Source: Adineta vaga (lineage: Eukaryota; Animalia; Rotifera). Taken from it: a stretch of 64,000 nucleotides of DNA. Both the position numbers and the translations under genes were made by a program. The stretch covers positions 4,712,001 to 4,776,000 of the forward strand of contig CP075493.1 of NCBI GenBank assembly GCA_021613535.1. The letters run 5' to 3'. Shown piece after piece: positions 27,157 to 38,710 of the stretch. Position 1 is the first letter of the stretch. Each line of letters opens with the position of its first letter. The notes beneath the pieces are model-generated. The model was not told the DNA's origin. It saw only the letters and a list, made by a program, of their open reading frames with translations, and did no database searches.

Positions 27157-27168
27157 TAGATGTCACTA
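27157..27168 (-). promoter_or_regulatory. Motif TAGTGACATCTA upstream of INTS6
   Basis: About 120 bp before the ATG, in the same sense orientation as the CWC25 copy. Confidence 0.5.
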
Positions 27169-27478
27169 GTTGATTATTTGCTATATCTTTCACGATGATA
27201 TATATATATATATATTTTTTTCTAGTTAAAGAGAGATGAGTTTATTTTTTTTTCATTCGAAAATATGTTTCAGTATAAAACATGATGACAATTTATTTTT
27301 AAAATCTAAATTTTCAATTCAGTTTATAATGTATTACATAATAAACATTCGATATATAATAAACAAAAAACAGGTAGTTGAGCTGACTATATGTGTAGCA
27401 ATAAAAGAAAAAGAAAAGAAACATCACGAAAAGGAAAGAAAACAGAAAATCACTGCATAGAGAGGCAAAATAAAATAT

Positions 27479-29009
27479 CTATTCACGAGATGATTGAGTA
27501 AAAAGCTTTGGACACTGATCAAATCGTCGTTGTTCATAATCATGAGTATACATATATTCACCATTTTCATTTTTTCGAAACCATAGTGGTTGAAATTCAT
27601 CTTCACGTTGTCTTGCTTCAGAACGTTGTTGTTCTTCGAGACGATGTTTGGCTTGGGATGCTCCATCAATATCACCTTTTTCAAGATATTGCATATCTTG
27701 TCGATGTCGACTATCAGTCGGTGGTAAAACTAGAGATGATACTTGTTGATTAAGACAATAGGCAAATGGAGTAAAATGATAATATTGAGATCGTAATTCG
27801 AATTCTTGATCAGTCATAGATGATAATGATCGATACCAAATTGAACGAGAGGATGGAGTAAGAATAAGATCACATGGATTTGATACATTAGCATTCGAAC
27901 TAATTTGAATACAATTATGACCACCAGCAGAGCATAAACGTGTGGATTTTGTTTGCACATCTTTTAAATCATCAATTGCATAATAACAATGACCATAATT
28001 ACCATGAAATGCACTGATTTTAGTTTTATCTAAAGAAATAGATTTCTTTGAAAATGCTCATCTGAAACGAGAAGATCTATTTACCATCATAGATAAATCC
28101 AGTATATTTAAACATATCTGCTGTTTTTGTTGATTGTGATGCAAACCATGAATGTGATTTAATTGTTAGAATAGATCGTTGATTTGATTGAGCATGTATC
28201 AAATCAATTTGTCCTTGAAATTCACACCAAAGTCGACCAAATAAAATATTATGCACAAGTACGGATGGCGTTTTCCAAGTATATTCATCATCACCATCAT
28301 CATCAACAATACTATTGTTACTTTGTTCAGTTTCTTCTTCAGTACATGATTGAAAACTTGATTGAGATCCTGATCGAGATATAACTTGCTTTTTCTTTAT
28401 ACGTAATATCCATCGACCTAAATTAAAAGAAATTCATTCTTCGTATGATTAATTGCACGGCTTACCTTCAGATACAGCGACAACATTCGTACCATGGAAT
28501 TTAATTTTTGGTTCGATATTTGCTGATAAAGTCCAATTTTGTCCACGAACAAAAACAGCAGATACCGGTGGATGATGACAAACTTGTTCAGCAATATAAT
28601 GAAATGGTGCATCTCCTTCCATTTTTAATTCATAAGTTTCACCTAATAGAGGATTGAATGGTTTAGACATTCGTTCAAGATGATTTGAAAGAGTCGAAAC
28701 AACAAAAGCAGTTAAAAAATGCCATCGATCAATAGATGCTTCTATCGATGCAGCACGGTCAAGTAGAGATGAATATTCCAAACATTCAGCAACACGTTGA
28801 ATAAAACTAAGAGGTTCTAAATAAGATAGATATAGAATATTATTTCAATAATCATATAAAGTCGATTTACCATTCCAAACCACAGGTATAGAAAATTTGG
28901 TAAGATCTTTTCCTATGGCTTGTTTAATCACAGAAAAAATCGAATAAGTCGAACGATCCAGCATAGGTGCTGGTAATGTTCGACGTGCTGTTTTCAAATC
29001 AACAGCCAT
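27479..29009 (-). CDS. Short oxysterol-binding-protein-related protein (ORD domain only)
   Basis: IGKDLTKFSIPVVWNEPLSFIQR, KPFNPLLGETYE, EQVCHHPP (OSBP fingerprint variant), LPPTDSR, KHRLEEQQR. No PH or FFAT region seen. Confidence 0.92.
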
Positions 29010-29116
29010 TATTAATATCTAAAATGACTGTATAATTTGTTTACATGACAATACAAAATCAATGACATGAGATTAATAAAAAAAATATCAAACAACAACA
29101 ATATAAAAAAAAAGAA

Positions 29117-30049
29117 TCATGCTACAAATCGTGGTAAAAACATTTTTCCTGCGACTAGTGCTGAGACGACTGTGAGCCATGTGGCACCAACAAATGCAAT
29201 ATAACTCGAACCGATTCGATAATCATTTGGTAATTGAAATGGTGAACCACCAATGATTTCCGAATCAAATCCCATGGGAAAAAGAACAGTTGAGAGACAT
29301 AAAAATATCACTAGAGAAAAAAAGTCAAACTCTTATGTTTTGTTTTTTTCATTCTTCTATAAAAACGTAAAGATTTACTCGCAACAAATCCAGTCAATCG
29401 ACCATATTCAATTGTTGACCTTTGAATAAATTGGGAAGAAAGAAAAAAAACAATTGTCAATGTAAGTAGACCAAGAGCACCAACAGCCAGACCAAATGAG
29501 AGTACCCATACAAAACGAATTTGATGTGGAATAAAACATTTCTGTTCATTCAATGATGATGTTATACACATTTCAATTAAACCAAGAGAAGTTTCACCTA
29601 AACATAAATATTCATTTTATCTTTAAGTTTAAACGGTACAAAGTCCAACTTATGTCTTGTTTTCTTCGTACTGAGATAAATACTAGTCTATTTCTTTCCC
29701 TCTAATTCTGTTATATACTAATATAATATTCTCGTCGAAAAAAGGTTATTTAAACATACATGAATATTAGCATCCCTGCTGAAGAAATGTTCTTGACAAA
29801 TCTGCTATCTACTTTGTTATTTTTCTTTGAGTTATCACGTATCTCATCTTTTATGATAAAAAAAATGATTCTTATGTTTGTTATTTTTTTTTGTCGTTGT
29901 CAATAATTTTTATTGGTTCAAATGTGTGGACTTTTACCTTGATTTATTGATAAAATCCATCGCGGTGTTGATATGCTGACTAGAACAAGTAGAGCAGCAG
30001 CTGTAAATAAAGTCGTTGAAATAATCACAAGTCGATCCAGCGTGACCAT
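29117..30049 (-). CDS. MOSMO: MOSMO/Atthog (C16orf52) claudin-like tetraspan, Smoothened modulator
   Basis: MVTLDRLVIISTTLF...PRW and LFPMGF...IGGSPFQLPNDYRIGSSY...AGKMFLP closely follow the MOSMO pattern. Three exons. Confidence 0.85.
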
Positions 30050-30333
30050 ATGTTATCTAGACATTCTCGTTGAAGAACAGAATGTAATAAAATCTTTTTT
30101 TTCGACTCATCGTAATATGTAATGATAATAGAACTATAATTTCATTGGTTCTTTCCTTTATCCTATAGAAAACAGCACGTCCTAAACCTCCGCAATCAAT
30201 ATATAAGCGGATCTATCTATAGGATAGAAAAAAATTCTGACTCATTGTAGTGAATTTCTACTTTGTTCAGAAGAAGAAGAAAATTATCTAAGTTTTTCTC
30301 TGTTGATCAATATAATTTTTTTTCTAAAAACAA

Positions 30334-31429
30334 ATGAGTTTTTCCATGGGTATGTTATATTCAACTGAATCTTATTTCTCTTCTATGTATTGCTTATTCT
30401 AGGTAGCAATAAACCTGAAATGTATGAGGTAAGATAGCAGACATTGATTCGTACACATCTCCCAATATTCCTATTATTCTCTCAAAAAGGAAGTTCGTCT
30501 ATGGAAAAATCCACGTCAACGTGAACGGTAATAAATAATCTTCTAAATTGGAATATATTCTTCACGAATTTTGTTGATTTGTATTCAGATATGATAATAT
30601 GGCAGATGTTTTTTCAATTATTACAACTTTACAAGCACTTGAAAAAGCTTATATTAAAGATCTCGTTGAACCTGTTGAGTATATTGAATTTTTTCATTCA
30701 TGTAAACATTTTAACTCAATCAATCATCTTAGATACACAAGACATTGTGAAAAACTGATTGCTAAATTTACAGCCGCCTTTCGTCAGATTGAAAGTGATT
30801 TTTCTCGTATAGAAGATTTTGCTCGAAAATATAAAGTAACAACATTTTGAAATGTTTATCCTTCATCTAATGATGTCTTTCTCTTAGCTCGATTGTCCAG
30901 CAGCTCTTTTACGTATTCGTGAAGGTCGTCCAATAACTGTTCGTGATGATCGAGGTAATATGAATAAAGCAATTGCAGAAACTGTTTCGGTATGATACTA
31001 GAATGGAAATTTCGATTTTGTTTTTTTTCGAATAAAATTTTGCATTTAGCTTTTTATTAATTTAATGGATAAATTGAAATTAAATATTCGAGCAAATGAT
31101 ATGGTAAGCTCAACAGTAAAAGAAAACTGAATGAGAAATAAGATTCTTGTTTAGCTTCAAACCGATGTTCGAGAATTATTGGATGTGATACATCGAATGA
31201 ATTTAATTCCATCGAATTATATTGGACGAGAGAAAATTTCGAAATGGTATAAAGAAATCTTTGTTAAACAAATCGAAAAAATGATTAATATTTCTTTGTT
31301 TACAGGTTAAATACTTTGACAAATATGAATGCAGCTGAAGAAATTACTGAAGAACAAGCACGACAATTTCAATTAGATTTAGAAACTTGTTACAGTGAAT
31401 TTAATCGTTTACTTACATCAACTGGATAA
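30334..31429 (+). CDS. VPS28: ESCRT-I subunit VPS28
   Basis: [44 protein letters not shown] and LDCPAALLRIREGRPITV. Many short exons. Confidence 0.95.
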
Positions 31430-32242
31430 ACAAAAACTTCTTTTTTTTTCTTCTTTGTATAGTTAAATATCTTCTAACATTCTCTCTTATTTCCTTTTCG
31501 ATTCAATTGACATCAAGTGATATATAAATAAGACGAAATTATTTTCCGAGTAAACGAAGATTTTTATTTCGAATCGTGATAAATGCAGTTAAATAAATAT
31601 AAGACCATAGAGTGCTTTTCAAATATCAAATGATGAAGCCGATAAAAAGTTTCGTTTATAGTATCGCTATTTAATGGAGTACACATCGAAGTTATCAAAA
31701 AAAAAAAGAATCGTAGAGTAGACGTTAGGTGAAGAAAATATTTTCGTGTCAAGTACTCAAAACGAGATTTTATTCTTGGATTAAATATAATGTGACAGTT
31801 ATTATTGATTCTTTGTGATATGATCAACTTTTCCAAAGGTTAAAAACTGATATGTCGAAACGTGAATCGTAGAAAAAGTTATGCTTTTATTATGATTTTA
31901 GTCGTGTCACAAGTGAGAAAGATCAAAGGTACGAACGTATTCGTATGAATACAGTTGAATATCATTTCTAATGATCATCAATCTGTGATGTGAAAAATAA
32001 ATAAATAGAGAGAAAGAGAGAGAATAGACGAAGACTACTAACTGATCTTTTTCCATTGATGCTATAAAAAGTTTCAAATATTCCATCCGAATACAAAGTA
32101 AATCGAGATGAAAATATCGAATAACATCAAATATAATGTCAACCTTGAAAAATCCACTTGATATTTTTCTGTTGTTGAATTATCATTGAAATGTGGTGAA
32201 TATAATAAACAATCGATTTTTCTCCAATTCTTTTTTACTCAT

Positions 32243-32631
32243 TCATAGACGAAAAAAAAAAGTTGAAAATAATAAAAAAATGACTGAACAGAAAATCGAT
32301 GGGTAAATTATTTGAGAGGAATTGTAATACCATTCAGGACGTCGAACACCTTGATTCCAATTGTAATTATTATTCCAAGCATAATTAGGATTTGGATAAC
32401 GATTATTATAATTATTTACCCAACCTTGTCCACCTGGACCATAAAGTCCGTATTGATTATTATATTGTTGAACGTAATTATATCCAGCATATTGTCGTCG
32501 TCGACGATTGGATTCCGTTCCTAGAATGAGGGTTTTTTTTCATTCTTGAAGTTTTTGATTATCGCATTCACATATTCAGTCTTACCAATAATGAGCAAAC
32601 AGACAAGAAAAAGAAAAACTAGTTTATTCAT
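32243..32631 (-). CDS. Small secreted, probably GPI-anchored N/Y/G/Q-rich protein (107 aa), absent from the ORF track
   Basis: Exon 1 32631-32586, GTAAG...CTAG intron 32585-32521, exon 2 32520-32243. 324 nt in frame. Signal peptide, RRRR, low-complexity core, NSS plus hydrophobic tail. Confidence 0.8.
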
Positions 32632-32969
32632 ATTTTGTGTGATGACTGTGCAAATGCAATCGAGAAATGTGTCTTGTTACTGCTACGATTGTCAACAAGT
32701 ATATTATGCAGACACCCGCTCTCTCAATGCGAGTAGTTGTGTATATAGATGTGTACGAAAAAAGGTCATTTAGAGGGTATTTCTCTTTTTTTTTTCTTTC
32801 TTTCTTTCTGTCAACGTTTGCATATGATGATTCAATCATTCGTATCGATCTCTTTACTCTAAATGTTGTGTAGCTTCACAAACGAACTAACAGAACAGTG
32901 ACAAAGAATCAATAGAATTTCTTTTTCAATCAAACTATTGACAAGCGATTTTTTGTCTATCATCAACGT

Positions 32970-33041
32970 GCCTGTTTAGCTCAGTGGTAGAGCGTCGCTC
33001 TCGTAAAGCGAAGGTCACAGGTTCAATCCCTGTAGTAGGCA
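32970..33041 (+). tRNA. tRNA-Thr(CGT)
   Basis: 72-nt cloverleaf: acceptor GCCTGTT/AGTAGGC, D-arm GCTC/GAGC, anticodon stem TCGCT/AGCGA with loop CT-CGT-AA, T-arm ACAGG-TTCAATC-CCTGT. Confidence 0.96.
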
Positions 33042-33048
33042 TCAACTC

Positions 33049-33057
33049 TTTTTTTTT
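33049..33057 (+). terminator. Pol III oligo-T terminator of tRNA-Thr
   Basis: T run starting 8 nt after the tRNA 3' end. Confidence 0.8.
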
Positions 33058-33245
33058 CTTTCCTGTTCTGTCAATCAGTACGTGTTGATAGTTATTTTAC
33101 GCATCTACAATGAAGACATCTGCAAGACGCTATTTGAAATAGAACTATTTATTTAATATTAATAATTTATTTATAATAACGGTTTTTTTCGCTCAGACGT
33201 TGAAAAGTTTAGAATTAAAATTATTAGAAATAGAAAAAAAGAAAG

Positions 33246-33854
33246 TTAATATGTGGGTTGTAATTGTTGTTGCTGAAAATGTATAAGAAGATTTCTTAAT
33301 AGACCATTTGTTACATTAATTCGTTCGAATCTCGGTGTCGATGTATAGTTTCTTGATAACTCCACATCGTGTTTAACCTTGCTTTCAGTTATTATTCTCA
33401 TCTGTTTCATCAGTGGAAAAGGTTTTTTGGCGTCATCTGTGAAATGAATTTGTCGAGAAGAAGTATTCATCGTTGACATTGCTCTTTTATGCTTGATTGG
33501 TGGCTAATACAAAGGAAAATACATACATTTACAAAAAGAAAAGTCTGCTTAAATAACTGAATTTACTTCCTTCTTTGAACGTTGTTGTTGAACAAATTTA
33601 AAGATGTGTTCAGTTGATTGATCAACAATTGGATAAAACATACCATCTTTTGAACGATATAAAATATCTGTTAATGAATTGAGAAAATCTGTTAATGTTA
33701 AATAACCAAAGAGTTGATATGGTATTGAATGTTGACTATTAAATCGAGCATAATCACGTGATAATTCATTTTCATCGAGACCTGTTGGCGATGAAATAAG
33801 TAATGAACGAATTTCAATTTTTAGGTCATTTAATGATGACGATGATGATGTCAT
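33246..33854 (-). CDS. Stand-alone LOTUS (OST-HTH) domain protein, 181 aa
   Basis: LKIEIRSLLISSPTGL..ELSRDY...IPYQLFGYLTLTDFLNSLTDI and the extension helix STEHIFKFVQQQR. Intron 33566-33504. Confidence 0.85.
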
Positions 33855-34379
33855 ATCTATTTCTCTTTCTTTGAACTAATGATCTTCTTCTTTTTCTGAT
33901 ATGTATGACACATATACGAAAGAAAATTTCGATTACGAATAGACAGATGTCACCTTTAGAAAGATCGATTAACCATGATAAAAAAACGACACTTTCTCGC
34001 ACCCAGCACAATAAAAGATCGCAATATCAATATTTTTACCAGTGTTTTCTTTAACAAAAATAGGAAAACATTATTCTTGAATATGATAAGAATACATTTC
34101 AGTACACTTAAATTTATATTTTCTTAAAATCATGATTGATACTTTTATTCTGTTTTCTTATTTTTGAATCAATATTGACTGTTTGAAAACAAAAGAATAT
34201 AATCAGTGCACTTCCTACGTACTGGAAACACTATAGTTACCAATTTTCATAATAATTACAAAAGAAAAACTTTCAGGAAAATTACAATACAACATTCAAT
34301 GACTCATGTTTGCGTTTCAAAAAAACAATATCTTATCAATGGACGGATATTTATTATTGAAGAGAAAATAGGCTTGCAT

Positions 34380-35053
34380 TTAGTCATGACCAAAGCAAAT
34401 ACCGAGACAAGCAAATACGTATATAACAATATAGACTGCACAAGATATTAACATTCCTACAGCGCAACCAAGTTGAGCTTGAATTAATTTTAATTTATCA
34501 TAAGGAATACTTGGACATCGAAAATCGCCACTGTTACCAATAGCTATAGCTTGACCACATTCTTCCAAAATAGCTGTATAATTGCTTCGAAAAGATTGAA
34601 CACTTCGAACAGCACAGCATAATTGATCACCCAAATAACATTTACAAAGATCGTTTATGAAAATTCGATCGAAGTAGATCATAACGCAAGCTAATATTCC
34701 ACTAAAGACTACAGAAAACGAAATTTGATTGAAATATTATCAAATGTCAATAGCTTACTCGTCCAAATAAGAACATAAGTGGCACAACAGCGACCACGGC
34801 AACAGCAGGCTAATAGAATAGAAAATAAATGTAAATAAAAACAAAACAAAAAATGTGACTGACTGATGAAAAGCATCATAAGTAGTGTTTTGATAAAGAT
34901 TAAACCTGCCCAAAAACCAACCCATATTGTTCCATGAGCGAGATCAATATATGCCGAACCGATTTCTAAACCAACAATTGCTGCTGTTAAAATCAGTTGA
35001 ACAATCCCAACTACTGCAGATGTCCATCGAGGAAAACGTTCTGCAAAACCCAT
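34380..35053 (-). CDS. Four-TM membrane protein (CD20/MS4A-like topology, Cys-rich extracellular loop)
   Basis: GIVQLILTAAIVGLEI, IWVGFWAG, a Cys-rich loop and KLKLIQAQLGCAVGML. Three exons. Confidence 0.65.
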
Positions 35054-35537
35054 GATATGTGTTTACGTTTCACTTGTGAAAACAAAATTTTTAGTAAAAA
35101 TGGCACTAAATTTCCAAGTTTGGCCGTCTTTTATAGAAGTAAAACTTATTTGAGAGAAAAAAATCATAGCGATTTTTTTTTCTTCAGCAAAAAAGAACGG
35201 AAGGACGTCGATGTTATAAAATATGAGAGAAAAAAAGCAGTTATATTTATGCCGAACGACGATGAGAAAGAGAGAGAGAAAAAGAAAGGACATTTCTGTC
35301 AATAAAAGTACCGACCTAATGCAAAATTATTTTTCCTTTCTACCACTCTTCTCACACCTTTGACCTTAATAATAGTCTTAACGTCATCATTCACTTGTTC
35401 TATTTTTTTGCTTCGACTTTATAAAATATCTGAAAATGACTCACAGTTAGCATTACTAATGTTGAAGTTCCAGTTTATTTTGTCGCCAAGGAGAAAAAAA
35501 AGAGAATAAATAGTTAAAAGAAAAAAAGAAGAAGTTT

Positions 35538-36388
35538 TTATGCTGTGTTTGGTGGAGGTCTTTTACGTCCATCGAGCGTATAGTCACCATCTACTTTTTT
35601 CAATTCACATATTTCACAATTATGAAATGTTTTTAAATCATTTAGATCATCAACAGTCCATCGAAAATAACGCATAAGAAACAAGCGCATGAAAAGTTCA
35701 TGAGAAACTATAATGATATTTTGTGCTTCAGTATGATGTCCATTATCAAGTTCACGAAATAATGTATCAAGAAATAATGTAACACGATCGTAAACATCAG
35801 CACCACTTTCTCCACATGAAAAACGATAAAAGAAATGGCCAAGACGATCACGTTCTTCAAATATTTTAGGTTGAGTAGCTAAATCAGCTAGATTACCGAA
35901 TTCTTGTTCACGTATACGTGGATCTTCACGTTCCGTGATGATCTGTAATGGTGAAAATGCTTTACGGATGTTTGCCCAAGTTTGTTTCGAACGTTTATAT
36001 GGACTCAAGAAAACATAGACAGATTCTTTACCAATTTTGGAACGTAAACTTCTCCCAGCTTCAGTTGCTTGTTCATGACCTTTTTCTGTCAATTCGATTT
36101 GATGATCAGCCACTCGAGAATATAAAGCTAGTTGAAATAGAGAGAAAATTTTGATAAATGAAATCAAAAACTATGTATATGGTTTATATTACTTGTATCA
36201 ATATTGGCTTGAGATTCACCATGTCGTACGAGAAATATTCGAGATGGTCGTTGTATACGACGAAGTCTCGTCTTTCGTTGATGAAAATGTTCTATTATTA
36301 AATAACAGCAACTATCATACAATCCAGTAAAGACAAAACCGAATAACCCTACAGCAATACAAATTATCCAAAACAAAATAATATGCAT
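35538..36388 (-). CDS. Histidine phosphatase / phosphoglycerate-mutase-like (DET1/AT74 type) with N-terminal TM segment
   Basis: IFLVRHGESQAN, LTEKGHEQA, SPYKRSKQT, EDPRIREQEFGN, FFYRFSCGESGADVYDR, IVSH. One intron. Confidence 0.9.
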
Positions 36389-37485
36389 TGTGCTAATTAC
36401 ATTTCAATGTCTCATCCTTTTTATACACAGCAAAACTCAATTATTCGTCGTCTACAAATGAAGATAACAAGTGTCTCACATGACTGCATTTACAAACGTT
36501 TTATATCAAGGTTAACTAAAATAGGAAAAACAGATTTTTTTTTCGTATTCTTTTCATCTATAGACACAACGTGTCGAATTTAGAAGAAAAAAAAAACACA
36601 TAAGAATATGTAAATACTAATCGTTTTTTACCGATTATAATAGAGAGATTGTTATTTCATATCTGCATAGATTCAATGATGCAATGTTGAATATTACTTA
36701 TTCTTTGTTTTATTTTTTTAAGTGCAATATCTTTGTCGTCATTGTTTTTGATGCATTTTCTTTTTCGTCGTTCATTTTATTGTGAGAAGAAACAAAACAG
36801 CGTGATAAAGAATAATTACATTTGCCTAATGGAAAAAATAATGGTTCTTTATAAACACTTGAATAGAGATGTATATATTCTCATCGTAAGATTTTATTTC
36901 ACAGAAAAACGTATAGATTTTATGATTTTAAACACGGAAATAAAGAATTTTATCACAATTGGTTTTACTAAATCCTATGTTTATTATATATGTTCATCTT
37001 TTCTGATATTTCAATGTTGAAGAGTTTTGAATGATTGTTCGAAAACAATCTGCTTGAAATTTCGTTGTCTCATCATGAAATAGACTATGTAAATAATTCA
37101 TTTGTATTTGTCGTATAAGACACGTCAGATCAGTTAAACAACCAACGGTTTCTTATCAGTACAGATTGTATTGCTGACAATGATGAAACTCGATCACTTT
37201 TGACTGAACAAAAAAACAAATATTCTTTTATACGTACAATTGAAAGAAAATTATCTAAGATACCCCATTGATCATTTGTATATTATTGTGAATGATATGT
37301 AGATGAGAAAAAAAACCTTTAGTTTATTTAATTCATATTAGTTTTTTCATTGAAATACGATGATCGATGTATTAGATCAGTCTATGATTAGTTCAGTGAA
37401 TAAATGACATGTATAAAAATATTTTCTTTTCGTCATTGCTTTAGAGTACAGGTATAAACAGGGCTGCCATCTGGTGAGACCTAAG

Positions 37486-37560
37486 ATGGGGTACAAATAT
37501 TCTTGAATGGGGTACATTTGAGGTACATTATTGTTCAAAATGGGGTACGTAATGGGGTAC
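37486..37560. repeat. Left subterminal ATGGGGTAC/GAGGTAC repeat cluster of the hAT element
   Basis: Four ATGGGGTAC copies plus one GAGGTAC. Confidence 0.85.
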
Positions 37561-38479
37561 ACAATTTTTTCATGGTTAACAATAGAACTGATATTAAAAA
37601 ATCCATTTCACAAATTATTTTTTCACGAAAAAAACTTTTTTTAGGTCTTTTCCTCTGTTCTGAAATTAGTCTTCGAATTCTACTTCTTATTTTTGAAACA
37701 AGTGGTTCCCGAACAATTATATATTCTTTTCACTATGTATTCCCTCAGAAAGATAAAAATATTCACTTAAAGTCAAGGACAGAGCCAGAAATTTGTTTGA
37801 AAAAATCGACTACAGGAATATTTTGGCAACCGAAAAATATTAGAGGGATCGAAAACTTTCGGAAATTTTTCTGAAAAATTGAAAAGTATTCAAGCATTTT
37901 GAGAAAATTTTTGTGATCTTTAAAACATTTTCCAATCTTTTATGGTTTTTTTTCAAAATCCTACGAAAAGTGTTGAAAGATTCCTATAATCTTTTCGACA
38001 ACTCCAAGAATAATTTCACAACTTTTAAGTGAAGTATTATTTCTCTTCACAATAACATTTAAAAAAAAATTGCTGTGCTGCCTTTCAAAAGTCCAATATT
38101 TCGATCCGAGTCGAGATCGACCTCTTTAAGCTTTTCAAAAAGGTCTCTACTTAAAGTATGTCGTCTCTAGTTACATTAATTAATAGACATATTTGAACAG
38201 CAATCTTTCTACTTGCTTTTAGCAATTCTAATCAACTGTGTTCGAGATTCTGGAAAAGAATAAACATTTTTAACTGGTATCTTAGTATTTAGTCGTATCT
38301 TAACTCACATCCATAGCAACTGCTTTACTTGCATCGAATTCGATTGAATATAATGAACGTTTCATTTGACTGAAACGGACTCTTCGCATCTTTCTGCAAA
38401 TGATTATATTAATTACAGTCAATACATTTATTGATTTTAACCGAAGATATTTAGTTTGGTGTGAACAAAAATAGTTCAA

Positions 38480-38567
38480 ATGGGGTACAAAATTTGTACC
38501 TCTGAGGTACAAATTTTTTTGAGGTACAAATCGTTCAAATGGGGTACTGTACCCCCAAATGGGGTAC
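38480..38567. repeat. Right subterminal ATGGGGTAC/GAGGTAC repeat cluster of the hAT element
   Basis: Three ATGGGGTAC, two GAGGTAC, and inverted GTACCTC/GTACCCC copies. Confidence 0.85.
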
Positions 38568-38710
38568 AGATGGCAGCCCTGGGTATAAATTACGGTGTTT
38601 CTTCTAAAAAAAATCAATAGTCGAGTATTGCTCTTATTTTCAACATCATTTCAACGAAGTAGATAGATATTCGAAGAGAACAATATCATTTTTGATATTT
38701 CTAGATATTC

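Larger units (their letters stand above)
37459..38581. mobile_element. Non-autonomous hAT-family DNA transposon, 1123 bp
   Basis: Perfect 15-bp TIRs CAGGGCTGCCATCTG (37459-37473) and CAGATGGCAGCCCTG (38567-38581). Identical 8-bp TSD GGTATAAA (37451-37458 and 38582-38589). No transposase ORF. Confidence 0.95.

Noticed and set aside
32312-32524. Ile-rich plus-strand ORF
   Set aside because: Antisense shadow of the N/Y-rich minus-strand gene.
37486-38567. ATGGGGTAC repeats as a CRISPR array or telomeric repeat
   Set aside because: Short, irregularly spaced and confined to the transposon ends. They are subterminal repeats in a eukaryotic context.
38300-38617. ORFs within the hAT element as transposase
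   Set aside because: Short and spanning the TIR/repeat region, with no recognisable BED finger, DDE or dimerisation motif.
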